Positions 61,925-64,000 of a DNA stretch of 64,000 bases are shown piece after piece. The DNA is from Okamejei kenojei (Eukaryota). A program made the position numbers and the translations under genes. Location: the NCBI GenBank assembly GCA_035221665.1, contig CM069146.1, positions 2,976,001-3,040,000 on the forward strand, written 5' to 3'. Below the pieces are notes generated by a model that saw only the letters and a program-made list of their open reading frames with translations, made no database searches and was not told where the DNA came from. Positions within the stretch are counted from its first letter, which is position 1; every line of letters starts with the position of its first letter.

Positions 61925-62577
61925 AGGTGAAGAAAGCTAATGGAATGTTGGCCTTCATAACAAGAGGATTTCAGTATAGGAGTAGAGAGGTTCTTCTACA
62001 TTTGTATAGGCTCTGGTGAGACCACATCCTGAGTATTTCATACAGTTTTGATCTCCTAATTTGAGGAAGGACATCCTTGTGATTGAGGCAGTTCACGATT
62101 GATCCCTGGGATGGCGGGACTGTCATATGAGGAAAGATTGAAAAGACTAGGCTTGTATTCACTGGAGTTTAGAAGGATGAGGGGGATCTTATAGAAACAT
62201 ATAAAATTATAAAAGGACTGGACAGGCTAGATGCAGGAAAAATGTTCCCAATGTTGGGCTAGTCCAGAACCAGGGGCCACAGTCTTAGAATAAAGGGAAG
62301 GCCATTTAAGACTGAGGTGAGAAAAAACTTTTTCACCCAGAGAATTGTGAATGTATGGCATTCCCTGCCACAGAGGGCAGTAGAGGCCAAATCACTGGAT
62401 GGATTTAAGAGAGAGTTAGATATAGCTCAAGGGGCGAGTGGGTGTCAAGGGATATGGGGAGAAGGCAGGCACGGGTTATTGGTTGGGGATGATCATCCAT
62501 GATCACAATGAATGGTGGTGCTGGCTCGAAGGGCCGAATGGCCTCCTCCTGCACCTATTTTCTATGTTTCTATGTTT
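61925..62577 (+). mobile_element. CR1 3' fragment
   Basis: RT C-terminal sequence and (tatgtttc)n tail. Confidence 0.9.
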
Positions 62578-62681
62578 CCACTAGTGGAAGAGTCCAGGAC
62601 TAGAGATCCTAGCCTCAGATTTAAATGACGTTCCATTAGGACGAATATGAAGAGGAATTAATGTTTGTCATAGGGCGGTGA

Positions 62682-64000
62682 ATAGTAAGATTAAACGAGA
62701 ACTTACCAGTTTGAAGTTTGATCTTTATTTTATGAGGATTACGTGAAGAAGAACCCCGCCCGTTGGCATGCGCGTCAATCTTCAAAGCAGTGGTGTGAAA
62801 TCACAGAAAAACAACAATTGAAGTATTATAGTTAGATTATAACCCTAGAACTACTAGATGAGCTTCGTGATATGAGGATTGGGAGCGGTGGGCACGTTAT
62901 CGCTCATCGTAACTCCTCATAAAATAAAGATCAAACTTCAAACTGTTTCCGTTTAATCTTACTATTTTACTTCGGAGTCACGTGAGTCCGTGAAGATTTT
63001 ATAGGTCTGTGATTTCACGCCGATCTAAATCCAGGCGTTTCAAACTGCAAGCAGTTGACTCAGGAGGAGCGAATTAGTAACAACATTGAATCATGATACT
63101 GATTAAAATGTTAATGTTTTAATTCACAAATAACAAAAAATAATACAATAGCGACTCCTCTCTTCCAGGGAGAAGCTATGAAGCAAAATTTAACACAGAG
63201 TGGGCAAACACCCCGGATTCAACAAGCGGCTTATTGTAGAACCTCTGAAAAGTCGATTCATTTGACCATCCTGCGGCCGCGAGGATATGGTCTAGAGGGA
63301 CGTCAATTACCCTCGCCGCTGACGTTGATGCCGCCCTGGTGGAGTGAGATTTAAAATTGTCAGTATTAACTCCTGCACACCCTAACACTTGCTTCAGCCA
63401 TCATGAGATGGTCTGAGATGACACTTGCCTATGTGGTTTTTGCGGCTTATAAATAGTGCTACCTCAGAGCCTCTGAGGCTCTTCGTGACGTCAATATAAC
63501 GCTTCAAGTGCGCCACTACACACAGCCGTGAATCTGTGGGATAAGCTGACAATACAAGCTTGCATCCGGACACCCCTGGTCTGCTCTGTTTGAGTAAGTC
63601 ATAGATATGAAATGTAACGTCATTCTGTGATGACACCATCCTGTCCAGACGCAGTTTGTGGAGAGTCTGAACCCTTTGCGCTGATGTAAGCGCCATGAGC
63701 ATAACCAACTTGAGGGTGATCTTTGGTAAGGACAAAGATGTGGCTGTTCCCCATTGATGGAGCACCGTGAGTACCATGCTCACAACCCAGATTTCAGAGT
63801 ACCTTGGCCTAGGAGGGTTAGAATTAAACACACCCTTCATGAATCTTGAGATTAACGGGTGAGATCCTAGCGGCTGGACTCCTGACCCTCGGCATAGGTA
63901 CAATGACAGGGCACTCCTGGCACTGTTGGTGGCACTATAACTCAACCCTGCATTGAAATGTAAGTGGGATAGAAATTCTAGCACATCTGGAATGGAGGCT
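62682..64000 (-). mobile_element. DIRS-type tyrosine-recombinase retrotransposon, 3' portion (continues past the window)
   Basis: YR ORF plus complementary repeats 62682-62743 / 62908-62965, consistent with the DIRS terminal ITR and ICR. Confidence 0.88.
63176..64000 (-). pseudogene. DIRS tyrosine recombinase, disrupted
   Basis: SARSALS..HPLISRFMKG..TSAQRV (catalytic R), LCVV, HSTR (HxxR), AGWS..TFQRFY (W, Y); frameshift in an A-run near 63440 and an in-frame TGA (TIS*W) near 63402. Confidence 0.9.

Overview
Eukaryotic (vertebrate) genomic DNA. The repeat content (HER1/CR1-type LINEs, HE1/V-SINE-type SINEs, Penelope, L1, Rex1, DIRS) points to a cartilaginous fish such as a skate or ray; this is an inference. 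One complete host gene was assembled by hand on the minus strand: 10 coding exons from 43478 to 5564, all with GT-AG introns and matching phases, giving 1422 nt and a 473-aa F-box/WD40 protein (FBXW12-like). Its first exon lies in a CpG island, followed 35 bp later by a ~2.75-kb minisatellite. Divergent from that promoter is a large, heavily invaded ISL2EU-type (PIF/Harbinger/ISL2EU group) DNA transposon. Its THAP-HTH-DDE transposase ORF is intact (48471-50054, 527 aa) and has a splice acceptor just before the ATG. Its convergent SWIM/YqaJ-nuclease partner gene is ruined. A 1085-bp non-autonomous relative (20-bp TIRs, AT TSD) has inserted into the cognate position of this element. Other notable items: about 12 Penelope-terminus copies carrying a minimal hammerhead-ribozyme motif, a 28-bp fused-TIR insert with an 8-bp TSD, a TSD-bounded L1 lacking its endonuclease region, near-identical inverted CR1 copies ~42 kb apart, and a DIRS tyrosine-recombinase element at the right edge. 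All family names come from motif recognition, not database searches. Boundaries of degraded repeats are approximate.
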